DNA of 64,000 nt from Octopus bimaculoides (lineage: Eukaryota). The notes beneath the pieces were generated by a model. It saw nothing but the letters and a program-made list of their open reading frames with translations. It was not told the origin of the DNA and searched no databases. The position numbers were made by a program, and so were the translations under genes. Shown here piece by piece: positions 63,917 through 64,000 of the stretch. The stretch spans positions 45,372,350 through 45,436,349 of the forward strand of contig NC_068989.1 of NCBI RefSeq assembly GCF_001194135.2, read 5' to 3'. Position 1 is the first letter of the stretch. Each line of letters begins with the position of its first letter.

Positions 63917-63952
63917 AGCTGTTTCCATACACAATTTGAGCAATTAAATTGA
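63917..63952 (-). CDS. Candidate 36-nt host exon
   Basis: Strong donor GCT|GTAAGT and weak acceptor TTAAG. It is open in both frames that continue into 61651-61713. Confidence 0.25.
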
Positions 63953-64000
63953 CTTAATTTAAATTTTCATATCGAATATCGTAACTTAATATTTATATAT

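Overview
This is AT-rich, repeat-dense eukaryotic genomic DNA from a gapped short-read assembly, with 13 N gaps that mostly abut (TA)n/(CA)n tracts. The repeat families and the very high microsatellite load look like an octopus (coleoid cephalopod) genome; that assignment is from recall, not a database search. There is no long intact host ORF. Nearly all ORFs in the track come from microsatellites, N gaps or decayed transposons. Recognisable content: three tRNA-derived SINE families (about 30 copies or fragments); a near full-length cecropia-type mariner; other mariner and maT (DD37D) relics and MITEs; R4/Dong-clade and CR1-clade LINE fragments; a Penelope-like element (GIY-YIG) with inverted pseudo-LTRs; a Helentron-type non-autonomous element; a foldback-type element; and a few candidate small host exons. 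The most notable signal is a set of minimal hammerhead-ribozyme motifs in non-coding repeats. Two have an intact catalytic core and face each other at 55.3-55.5 kb, and several decayed ones lie elsewhere. Also notable are local tandem-plus-inverted duplications and (TAA)n arrays that host several retroelement families.
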